Origin: Spirogloea muscicola
Lineage: Eukaryota
Length of the DNA: 64,000 bases
Direction of reading: 5' to 3'
Assembly (NCBI GenBank): GCA_009602725.1
Contig: WELB01000016.1
Location: 213,149 to 277,148 of the forward strand
A program made the translations under genes and the position numbers. A model generated the notes under the pieces. That model had not been told where the DNA came from. It saw nothing but the letters and a program-made list of their open reading frames with translations, and searched no databases. Positions 52,701 through 64,000 of the stretch are shown here, piece by piece. How positions within the stretch are numbered: position 1 is the stretch's first letter; each line of letters begins with the position of its first letter.

Positions 52701-53403
52701 GGCCGCGCTGCCGGCGAGCTGACGCGGCTGGGCGAGCGAGGCTGGCTCTCGGCGCACGGGCAGTCGGCGGCGACGGCGACGGCGGCGGCGGCGGCAGGCG
52801 CTGGAGCGGGCAGTGTCGGCGGGAGGCGGAGGGGCGTGTGAGCTACGGGGGCTTCTGGAATGGGGGGGCAGGGTGCACCCGGGGGCGTCAAGTAGAGTCT
52901 TGGAAGCCGGGGGTACGTGGCGACTGGGAGTGGGCCAGCCCTATTCAGCTGGCCACGTGTCGCCTGCAACGCTGTCCCGCGAGGAACGTCGGGTTGTGGC
53001 GGGCCATGTCGCCGCGCCGACGGGGAGACGAGGGAACCCCGACGCTGCCGGAAGGATCCCCATGGTTAGACGGGGCAGCCTTCGTGGGTACAGGCTCGGG
53101 ACATGGTTCGGGGTGCCCCGGCCGGGCGCGCCCCCCCGGGCCCGCCCCTGCGCGCCACGTGGCAACCGGCCTACGCGGCCGCGACGATCCGGGCAGCGCA
53201 ACCACGTCAGCGGCGCCGCGCCGCGACAAGGCACCCCCCGTTCCACCCGCCTCACGTGCAGGCGAGAAGGGCCTCTACCAAGGTCGCTAGCTCTGTTTCC
53301 AGATAGCGGGGGGCTTGCTTCCTTGACTCACGCACTCGTGTAACGAGCCACGGGCGTGGGCCCGGCCCTCCGCCCCGCACAGGGAGCAGGAGCTCTTCCG
53401 ACG

Positions 53404-53676
53404 GGGGCGATGGCTGCGAGAAACGGAGTGAGAAGCTTTCATGAGACGAGATGATGGCTGTGAGAGTGGTGAGCTCTTCCAGAGGAGAGGCCAGCCAGAA
53501 GGCCCACTGACGTTGGGAGCTGATTGGGGATAGAAAAGCAGGACGAACAAGAACCCCCCCCCCACCATTCCCGCTTCCTCTAGCCGCGCTTTCGCCGTGT
53601 CCTTACCCCGCGTTCTTCAGCCTTCGGGTTTTCCTCTTTCTGGGATGGCCAATCACAGCCATCGCCCTCTACTGGA
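53404..53676. repeat. Hairpin-module variant C cluster
   Basis: Full copy at 53637-53676 (+) and partial reverse copies at about 53404-53418, 53451-53465 and 53483-53500. Confidence 0.6.
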
Positions 53677-54148
53677 AGAGTTCTTCTCTTCTCTTGGCCT
53701 AGGGACTTGGTCCGTGTCCACAATAGCCCCGTTCCTTTCACTTCCTTTGGCTTTCGATGAACAGCGCCTTAAGCTTAGCTTGGGCCTTCCTTTCATATCA
53801 TGCGCTAGCGTCTTTTGGACAGCCGCGCTCCATCATGCTCGCTCTCATGCAGGATGGCGCTCCCCACAGCTACTCTCTCACCGTAATGCTGGCACGCTGG
53901 GAAGGGGGACGCTTTGCTTGACTGCAGGGCTGATGGGCCTGAACGGGAGCTCAGCGCCAGTTGCCTGCAGAAGCAGAGGCGGTTGTGCATGTGCCCATCC
54001 CCATTCCTTGCAAGATGCACTTTTAACTGGAGAACCAGTAGAACTCATCATAAGGCAGTATTTCAGGGGTCAGATATGATCACTGCGCTGAGGCGCGAGC
54101 TAGAGAGAAGTGATGTATAATGGGAGACGGACAGATGCAGGGCCACTG

Positions 54149-55651
54149 TCATCTTGTCCTCAGCTCTCTCACAGGAGTCTTCTGACCTCTCTTCTTGCCC
54201 TTCATCTTTGAGGATCCTTTGAAGGGTATGCGTTCAATTGGAGGTGGGAGGGTGTTATGCAGATGCTCTTTGATAGCAGCAAATGCATTGGCCTTGAACA
54301 TGGGGTGGGCAAGCACAGCTCCAAGCTGCTGAGTCTCCATGACCCTGCATAACGCAACATAAAGAAGCGCTTATTCCTGCATGGGGCGTGAATGCAAATG
54401 TCCTGCTCGGTGGAAATGCATAAGCACATATTCTCGAATCAGTAGTTTGGCACATGCTAATCATGGATCAAGTCCTTGCGACTTACGCAACACTCTGGCG
54501 AGCTTTGTTGCCCAGCACTTTAGCAATTCTTGGTGGCTTCTTCTCTGAAGTTGGTGGGAGGTGTTCAGCTAACTTCGATATGGACTCCAAAGCAAGACTT
54601 GGTGCTTTCCGCCCGCGTCGGGGTTTTTTCTGTTATATGAGGACAACAGGCATATGAGAATTAGTAGAGCACAACATTGTAGTTCACGCGCTGCATCTGC
54701 AAGGCAATGGCAATTCGAAGTATTGAAGAAGTCAAACCGTTCTGGGAGCATGCTGCCTCACCTTAATGTCTTTCTTCACAGAAAGCAATAGCTGATTTTC
54801 CTGCAATTCTGGCTCATCATGCAACCCACCAAAATGAGCAGATATTGCAGACAACCTTCTCTCAGTCAACATCTCAAAGCTTTCTCTCAGAAAGTTTCAG
54901 GTCCAGGCTATACCTCTGCCTTGGACCAGGAGAGAAGCGAGGTCAGCTTACTCTTCAGGAATTTGAGCTGCTTGTTCAGCTTGCGTTGATCCCTCCCACT
55001 GGTAACCGCAGCCAATTCTGAAAGCTGCTGCTCCGCAGTCAGCCTGCGAAGCCATCAGCATGCACTGATCAGATGCCCACTGGCTGCTCAGAATTTGATA
55101 AATACACATGGCGTGCATACGAGATACAGAATCACTGTATTGTATTGCAAGCCTGACCAATGACAAGAGTGGTTTCCCTATGCCAAAGAAACAATTGTTG
55201 GCTACCAACTTGTTGGAGACCTACCCTTCAGGGGCTTCCAACTCGTCATCAACATCAGCTTCCTGTGACAGGGGAAGCTCGTTAGCAGGTCATGCGAGTC
55301 AGGGAAGGGAGAGTTCCTCCCCACTGAGTTGGCGGCCAGTACCATAGCGTGGTGGGCCAAGAGGAGTCCAGACTGTGCACAATGGATGGGTAAACGGCAA
55401 AATTGTGACAAGCTTCACCTGTGCTGCTCCCTGAGAGCGACCTGGTTTCCGGCCTTTGAGCCTCTTCACCTGCGTGATGCGGGACTAACAGATGGGCCTG
55501 ATTCACGAGCTCATCTTGATGCATCAATGACGGACGAAGGTGGAGCACAAGGAAGAGCATTGGGGAGTATGGGGCGCCTGAGGCATCAGCCATCGCGTAC
55601 GTCGCTTCGCCGCTTGCACCAGGAGAAGCTACGGCCGGTCAAACCCACCAT
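54149..55651 (-). CDS. SLX9/FAM207A-like ribosome biogenesis protein (5' exons tentative)
   Basis: C-terminal ETQQLGAVLAHPMFKANAFAAIKEHLHNTLP; upstream basic exons RKLNKQLKFLK and LESISKLAEHLP. Confidence 0.75.
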
Positions 55652-56102
55652 GTGTCGTCCACTTCCTCAGGGCGTGCGTGCCGTTTGAGCTGCTCAGATA
55701 AGGTAAAGAATCACAAAACGTGTCGGAGCAGGACGCCACCACGCCCCTGGCGCAACCGCTGCTGCGGAGCGGCTCGGCCGCGGCAGACTGGACGGGCTCC
55801 CTATGCGTCTGTCGTCGTTTGCGGCGTCAGCGGCGGCGGCGGAGGCGGCGGGGCGCGCACTGAGGCACGAGCAGTGGGGGGGCAGCGTCTAGGGCGCAGA
55901 GCCGAAATGAGTGCGGCGTTAGGGTTAGTGTGTGGACTGGGGGGCCCCACAGCTTGGGGCACCCCAGTCCTCTGCGGGAGAGACACTGAGGGCGAGCAGA
56001 CAGGTGGCTTTCAGCCTACGATGGGAGCCGGGCGGGCTTAGCCACCGCAGAGGACGTTCGAACTTTCAATTCGGTCCTGCTCGAGGCCACATCTTCCGCA
56101 GA

Positions 56103-56137
<35 letters not shown>

Positions 56138-56234
56138 CGCCGCCTTCGCCGCCCCTGCTGCCGCCGCGCCTGGTGAGCGGTCATCCGCTCGTGGCACCGG
56201 CAGCGAGCAGAGCAGTGGCTGCGCGCGCCCGGAG

Positions 56235-59200
56235 ATGATGGCGGGCGTCGGCAGCGGAGCGGCGCCAAAGCCACACTGCTCGCAGAGTGGCAGCTACCGA
56301 GCGGCGCCGAGCTCGTTGTGCACTTTCGAGGTCGGCCTGGCGGAAGATGGCGTGACTTGGAAGCTCCAGCGGAAGCCTCCGGCGCGGTCGATTGCCCGGG
56401 CGCATTGCGCTGCCCAACCGACTGCTGCTCCTAGCGAACGGGACGCTCACTGGCTGGGGCTGGAACAGGTCAATCATGACTGCTGCCTTACGAACAGAGC
56501 TTCGCCTTCACGTCGTTCGCCGCCGTCCCCCCGGCTGGCAACTCAAACCTCTGAGCAGAATGTGGATCTACTCTCTGTTGTTGAGGAGCTGCCATCATGT
56601 TTCAGAGTAAGCCATGCATGTGGTGCAACCAACTCGTTGCAACCCTCAGCTGCGGCATGGGACGCTGCTAAGAGAAAGCTCCGGGAAGCCAAGGCGCTCT
56701 GGCATGATACATATACGGAGGACAGCCGCCACACGACGAGCAGTCGTCACACGACGAGCACGGCGAGCTTGTCATCATATCACTCGCTCAGAGACTTGGA
56801 GCTGGCATCAAGTCATAATCAACAACAAGCCCAGGTCCTCAGAGATGATGCCAAAAGGATGTCGACGGTCCAAGTATGGCACGGCACAGGTACAAGCGAA
56901 TCCCCAGAAGAAGTGGCTTATCAAGCCGCGAAGAGTGCAGATGATACAGAAGCGTGCTTGTTTGGACGAGGGAAGGCTGCTGGCATCTTCAAGACTGGCT
57001 CTGGGATACCTATCAGAGTGTCAGCTGCAGCCAAGAGAAGAGGACACGAGATTTTACAATGTGATGAGGAGGGAGAAGCGGATGCTCTTCATGAGCCTCT
57101 GTCTGATTTCAAGACAGGGATGGCAGATGCCAATTGGTTACAACCAGAAAATGTTAAACAGCAGCTCAAGAGCATGAGCATGTTCACCTCAGGATCTGGC
57201 CGCTCAATTGAGGTGTCAGAGGCATCACTGAAGAAAGCTAGATGTTTGCTGAATATTGTTGATGATTCTGATCAGAAGGAGCAAGATGTTGCAGACTGCA
57301 TCCTCCAAGATTCCACCAAGGATGTAAGGCCTGGAAGCCCTGAGGGCACCAATTCTTGGAGGAACTCGATAAGCAAGGCTCCAACAATGTTCAGTACTGC
57401 CTCAGGCCTATCACTTTCAGTGTCAGCGGACTCTCTGGCGAGAGCCAAGAAATTGCTGGAACAAGATGAAAGCAACGGTGATGATAAGCTCGTACAAGAC
57501 CGAGCTCCAAAGACTAAACAAATTTCTGAACATGGCACATCGTTGCCAGCTAGCCATGCCAGCTTCTTCAAGACGGACTTAGATGTGCCTGAATTTTCAT
57601 CAATCTCAGCTTTGGGAAGAGCGAGAGAATCGCTACCTGACAGTGTACAGGAGGGACCAAGTAAGACATCAAAGCTTCAAGAGCAGCAGTTTCAGATACA
57701 TGAAGACTGCAGACCAAAATCTATGAAAGTCTCAAAAACGCCTCACTCTTGTATCACGATGTTCAAAAGGCCGCGGCGACTGAGGTACACCCCTTCTGGA
57801 GATGTATGCCTGTCTACCACTTTGTCTTGCTTGGACACTTGACTGGGGCTATACTATAATGCATCACAGTTGCTGGTTAGAGGGTCACTGCTGTATTGCT
57901 GTGTCAATTGTCTACACTTATGTGCCTTTTCTGTGTCTGCAAATTAGCAGATTCAGTTCCCCTCAGGTAAGCCTGGAGGCCAATCGGCTTCCACAAGCAA
58001 GTGCAAGAGCTTCAAGCTCCGTGGATGACGTTTCACCAGGCCATTCCAGCGTTCTTGGTCCAACATGCACAGAAGATTTGTTGAAGACCCCAGACAACCA
58101 AGTTGATCCCATCACTTTACAAGTGCCTTTGGCTTCAAGCACAGAGTGCTTGCAGCAACCAAGTCATCCACTCATTTCCTCTCCTACGTTGGCACGTCAA
58201 CTGCATCCTCTCTATGAGAACTCTACTTGCGAACGCCAGCGGCCCAGCATTCTGAGTGTCTTCGGTGAGAGCCCAAGGAAGTGTAAAGAGGTAAGCTTGA
58301 CCTTGGAGACCGAGAGTTTCTTATGTCAGTGGAGTCCTCCTATGCATCAGGGCAAGGCTTTTCAGATTAGATGGAGCCATTGACCATGCAGACATTGTTG
58401 TCAGGTTGGTCGCTTGGCGGTTGATGTGCAAGACATGACCAGTGAGGCTGCACTTCTTTACCGGGTATCTGATGGACCCAACTCCAATCCGGCAGGCCAT
58501 GCAGAAATGAGGCAAAGCCTTCTTTTGACAGGGGCACTGCCTCAACTTGCTACGTCTGAGTGAGCACAACAAACTTACAGCAGCTATTACCAAGTATGAG
58601 CTGCAAGGAGCTAGCCTTTCATGCACAAATCACACTGGCTGCAATACATACACACTGACCTAGGGCAGTTTTTCTGAATAAGGTGGACAGCAAACCACTT
58701 TAAGTGGATAGTGTGGAAGCTTGCCTCCTATGAGCGCAGCTTTCCTCGGCATCTAGGTGGAAAGTACCTCACCAAGCAGAGGGTCTTTGATGAGCTCAGC
58801 TACAGGTTGGCTTGCTTTGAGACTGTAGCATACAGGGCAACTCAAAGGCTGGCTGACAAATTACTACAATGCCCTCCTACTAGGCCACGTATGTATCTCA
58901 CTGATATTCGGCATGAACTACTGTCATGTTTTCTGATACTTGTGTGTGGTATGAAGGTACAATCGAGAGATCAACATGGGACAGCGACCAATTTTGAGGA
59001 AGATAACAGAGAAGGACGCCCCTGCTGGCTGTCATATGGTTCTGTGTGTTGCAGCTATACAGGAAAGCAGCACCATCAATCAAGCAGGAGGTAAAAATTC
59101 TTACAAGTGCCTATTAAGGGTTATACCGCTTCAGTGAGAATTGCTAACATAATACCACATCTTGCAGGTGCAGTACATGAAAGTGCAGTACTTCTGCTCA

Positions 59201-62200
59201 CAGATGGTTGGTGAGTTCTTCATCTCTCTTATCACCTGCGCACTACTGGATCCAAGCTTCCTATGTGATATCTTGTTGTAGTACTGCTGCAATCTCAATC
59301 ATGGCAGTGTCTGAATTGTGGCATGACTGATGCTTGTAGCACTTCTTGCAGGTACCAAATTAAGGGCCGTTTAGATACACCCTTGACAAACTTGCTGCAT
59401 CAAGGCAAAATCTTCATTGGACAGAAATTGAGGGTGAGAGCAAGTACCACCTGGCACTTTACTACTGAAGATGTGTTTGTCTTTCAGGAAAGACTGGCTG
59501 ACAACAGCTTGAGGTCACGTTTTTGCATATGCAGATTTGCAGAGCGGAGCTGCAAGGTTGTCCAGAGGGTTTGCCACCCTTGGAGGTCATACCTACTCAA
59601 AATTCTGGCTGCCAATTGTGGTGCTGATGTGCTCAACAAATGCAGTCATCAGCACAAGGGCATGCGACAGAACTGACAACATAATTTGACTTTGTGCAGG
59701 CCTATCCTGAAGCCTGCTTGCTGCTTCACATGAATTGCACTTACCGGGCACACTGGGCGGACAAGCTTGGCCTCTGTATGATGCAAACCATTTGCCTCAT
59801 TGACCTGCTGAGGGCATGTACTGCCTTGTGTGGATTCCTTAACGGACTTGGTGTCACGTAGATTGCATTTTGGTGTAAGATGCTCATGGATGTTGCTTCA
59901 CAGAGTTGGGACGGAGAGCCCTTCTGAGCAGTAATTTATGTACTGCATAATGTCAATGACAGGCAAACAGCCTATGCCTCCACTAGCCTTACACCGTGTC
60001 AAAGAAGATGGTGGTGTGATCTCGTCAACAATCGTCACTGTGACCCGCATTTACCCCATGCTTTACTGGCAGCGGTAAATCCTCTGCAAATCTGCAGGTG
60101 GCTGATGAGTTCAAGCTTCACCACTGGCATACTCCTGCTCATTCGATAAGAGCCTGAATTGTGCAGGCAATCAAATGGACAGGGGGTCATGAGGTCTGAG
60201 AAAGCTGAAGATGTAGCCAGGTGTCAGCACGAAGAGAGGTGAGCTCCAAATCTAGATTCGTTTTCAACATGCTCACTCAGTTGTCCTCCCAGTCGAGTAC
60301 CCAAGACAGACCAAGAAGTGCAAGGCTGCCCTCACTTCTAGTATTCTCAATCACATAAAGCCAATCAGATCGTCACGCCTTGCTTTGCCAGGGTGTCATA
60401 CATTATGTGCCTGCATACTTCTTGACTGTCAGGCGTGCAAGGATTGCCGAGTCTACCCTCCTGAATTTGAGGAAAGACGACGATGGAGCAGATGAAGGAT
60501 ACCCAAATGAAGAGGACAGCAAGGTGACTGCTCTCCAATATGCTCTGGACTTGATCGTCCTGCACAGCATGTAGGATCTCCTATTCTGCAAATTAAGCAA
60601 CAGGTAAGTTGTCAGATCAGAGGACTGATGCTCTCACTTCCGCTACAGCCTGAAGGCATGCTGTTTGACTAAATGCTTCTCATCTTCTCATCTCACAGGA
60701 ACTTGCAAATGTAAAAGCAGAAGAAGCAGTTCGAGAAGCACTTGACAATGAATTTCTTGGAGACCGTGATGTTGCCCCTATGCTTCGATTACGTGTATCT
60801 AACTTGGGAGCATCTGAGCATGACAAGCGATACCACGAAGGCGTGATCAGCATATGGAGGCCACACAATGAGCAGGTGCATTGTAATCTTTCACATATTT
60901 GGATTGTTGTCTCAAGAAAGAGCAGCAACCCCAAGAGCAGCAGGCTGAAGTCTTTCCTAACTGTCGTTTGGCATTCACAGGAATTCGAAGAAGGTAGGTC
61001 TTATCAGGTATGTGGGCTGCTACCAACAGCAAAAAGGGGACAGCACGACGAACGGCAATCTGTGACATGCTTCAGCACAATCAAGGCAACAAGATGGAGG
61101 ATGATGCCATCATCAATCTCTTATCTGCGGTAAGATGCATGGAGAACATGCCCCGATGACGTGGCAGATTAATTGTCTACTGTATGCATCATTCATCTCG
61201 AATGTGAGAGCAGGCAGTACAACTGTTGCGCTTACAGAAATATTAGGTCTTTCCTGACAGTTCTTATTTTGAACCCCGCAAGGCGACACCATTGACCTCC
61301 CTCACAAAGTCCCTCATTGGAAGGTGAAAGCATAATCAAGCTCCCAGTTATGCTTCACAAAGTGACCTGGACCTAGCTAGCTCAGGAGGCAGCACGGCCT
61401 CAGAGAAGAGAGTAGAGTGATAGCTTGCAGATGACACTGTTGTTGATGTTGTTGATGTGATTGATAGATATACTCAGCAACCAATCGAATCTTGCCACCT
61501 GTAGAGAGCATCTGGAGCCCGAAAATGGTGCGATACTGTTTTTCATCGTCCTCTCCTTGGCAGAGAATTTGATACTGCCGGCTTCGTGCTACACATTGGT
61601 GAACGTATTCTTGGCGGAACAAGACATACACAGTGGCTTTTCTTGGTGGGAGGTCTTGCAGGCAGTGATAGCAGCACGTCTTTGGACGAGGCTTGTATAC
61701 TTGCTGTGGAGCATTCAGCCGTATCTGAGGCATTCGTATCATTGGAGTCTTTTCTTAGTGGCTCCACCGTAAGTCAGAAGAGGCCTTACCATGGCTTTGT
61801 TTCCAGAGATAGACAGCTACTTTGAGCATAGCGTGTCTCTGCGGCTAGCTTCATGACACTGACATGACAAACACGAGTTTCTGGTGCTAGATTGCGTGCT
61901 GCAATCTCCTACTCTCCAAGCAAGATGTCAAGAACAATCTATGGGTCGCAAGTGCCTCCGACGCCGGAGTCATATCAGGACACCTGCTGGCAACCCACTT
62001 TGCGCACCTTCGAGCTGAAGCAGGATGTATTAATAAGTGGGCCAAACAAAATTCTATGGTGAGGTGTGCTTACACTGCAAGTGCAGTACTGCATAGGCTG
62101 TGCTTTCACTGCAAGTGCACCACTACTATAGCCTCGCTGTTGTAATCAACTTAAGCGACTGCATCATCTATGTGGGTGGTTGATATCACAACCATGTGCT

Positions 62201-62300
62201 GATGCAACACCACTTACAAAGAAGAGAGTAAACTTTGTCTTTGCAGTTGTTGCATGCTCTGAAGAGGAAAGTGCTACACTTGACTGCAGCAACAAGCTGA
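56235..62300 (+). CDS. BRCA2: BRCA2 homologue (BRC repeats, helical and OB domains)
   Basis: BRC-like IFKTGSGIPIRVS, MFTSGSGRSIEVSEASLKKA and MFSTASGLSLSVSADSLARAKKLL. Also NHFKWIVWKLASYER, LSYRYNRE, LTDGWY, IFIGQKL and NCTYRAHWADKLG. Start and last exon are tentative. Confidence 0.93.
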
Positions 62301-63287
62301 TTACTGGCTTCTCCCTCACAATGCTTGCGGCCCACAGTCGTGGTCCAGCCAGAATTCTGCCGCATAAGTAATATTCTTGCATCATGCACTTCTCCAAGCA
62401 GCTTAAATACCATGGGGTGAAAATTTAGCTCCATTCCAGATGCACTTGTCAGGCTAGGTCTGTGAAACTGTAGTCACAGGCACAGATGAGCCTCCACATT
62501 GCTCAGCTCCACAGTGCTTGCTTGAGGTGCATATGCATTTGCATGACTCGGTGAGGGTTGTAACAGTAATATGTACTTCAGTTGTTCCTCCCGCAGAGAT
62601 AATCTGAGGGCGTCTTCAGCATATGCGGTGTGCCAACAAGAAGCGCCCACCCAATGACTGAGCAACTTCGTAAGGTCAACCTTGCTGCTGTTGCAAGCGC
62701 CATCGACTTTGCAATCATTCTGGCAGGTCCTCTTGTGCTCTGGCAGGTCCTCCAGCTTGGTGCTCTGGCAGGTCCTCGAGCACTTGACCTTTAATGCCAT
62801 CAGCTTCACCATCACCTTCCAAACACCTTCTGCAGCATCAAGACGGCACTGTCCTTTTCATGAAGTGCAGTGGCCGTCTCAACAAATAATTCCAACAGGC
62901 AGAGAAGCCATGTCCCAGTAATTGCTGATCAGCAGCAAGCATTCCATCTCATGCCTTGTCCAGGCTTTCTGCACCACAATCATATTCATCATGGCATGCC
63001 TCAGCACCAACCAACAGCCACAAACATTTGCGTTTTGCAAGGGCAATCATGTGCAGCTCACTTCATGCCAGCAGTGCAATACGGGGGTGCCACTGTTTGC
63101 TTGCTACATGCTCAGTCTGATGCTGTGCTTAAGCAGTTTTACCACGCAAGCAGGAAGTGGCTGCTGCAAGTCCTCTTCGTTTCACAGGGTCCATGCAGGC
63201 AACAAGGTGGTGGCTGTGGGCTCCAGGAGGAGGTGCAGAGCCATGTAAAGAATGTTGTAAAATGCAGCTCTTCATGGACCACCCTGA

Positions 63288-63675
63288 TTAGGAGGCTGCT
63301 GGCGCAGGCAGTAAGATTACGGTGATACCGAGGATCTTGAACTTGCTGCCCCTCCGAACCTTCTCAGATGTGACCCTAACCAAGCATTTGGGGTTCTGAG
63401 TGACCTCAAGCGATAGTGCTGGCCGTGCGTGGCAATCACACGGCCTGGCGTGCACATGCAGCCCCTGAAACAGGCAAGCGTGGCGGCGCCCATGCATTCG
63501 TAGCTGACCAGATACTCCACCATCACCAGGGCCTGCGCTGCACGCGCCTCTGCCTCGCTGTCACTATTGAGCACCTTGCTACCCACCAAGTCCTTCTCGC
63601 CGGGTTTGTTTGGATCATCCTGGACAATGCTGGTTACTTCAGCCTGCAGCTGCCAGTCCGCAGCTTTCTAGCACC
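63288..63675 (-). pseudogene. C-terminal Cys-containing domain resembling algal SGNH/CAP64-like proteins, apparently frameshifted
   Basis: KPG...EYLVSYECMGAATLACFRGCMC in one frame and LEVTQNPKCLVRV...KFKILG in another; frame switch near 63430. Family call is from memory only. Confidence 0.4.
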
Positions 63676-64000
63676 TTGAGGCACGTAGAGCGCAGGGGAG
63701 GAAGGGAGGGAGGAAGGGAGGGAGGGAGAGAGAGGGGTGGGGCAGGGGAGTAGGGGAAGCAGCAGCAGCAGAAGAAGAGAAAGAAGCTGCAGCTCCCCGC
63801 TAGCACAGCATATTGCAAGAAGAGGTCATCATTGTCCACATACTCTCTTACTGCCTGCCAAGGGGAGCAGGATATGCAAATGCTTATTACCTTAGCTAGT
63901 CAGTCCTTGTTCACTAAGAACTTTGTCAAGATCCGCAGCTCACGACAAGGTCACGGCACCAAAATTTGCCACGGCACCAGAAGAGGTTGACAATCAGAAT

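Overview
Gene-dense eukaryotic nuclear DNA with short GT-AG (some GC-AG) introns, very GC/CpG-rich gene 5' ends and four N-gaps. The gene set (MAP70, MGD1, RST-domain TAF4, plant-type BRCA2, a remorin-like protein) points to a streptophyte, probably a streptophyte alga; this is inference. Recognisable genes: UCP-like mitochondrial carrier, TAF4, DUF2462 small protein, MAP70, RPC4, TBC RabGAP, NAC-alpha, ATAD5/ELG1, MGD1, CCT3, remorin-like, SLX9-like and BRCA2, plus three unassigned or partial ORFs. The most unusual signal is a family of decayed, 5'-truncated non-LTR-retrotransposon-like fragments. They retain only a restriction-like endonuclease (RLE, CRE-like) C-terminus ending in ...L(L/T)xRGY*, and share a T-run + GGGCTGG-N(5-7)-CAGCC hairpin module near the 3' end. 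They occur in five intergenic clusters, each upstream of a host gene. Within clusters they stack head-to-tail or insert into each other, once with a clean 9-bp target-site duplication. No RT domain was confidently seen. All calls are by eye, without database searches; exon boundaries are approximate unless stated.
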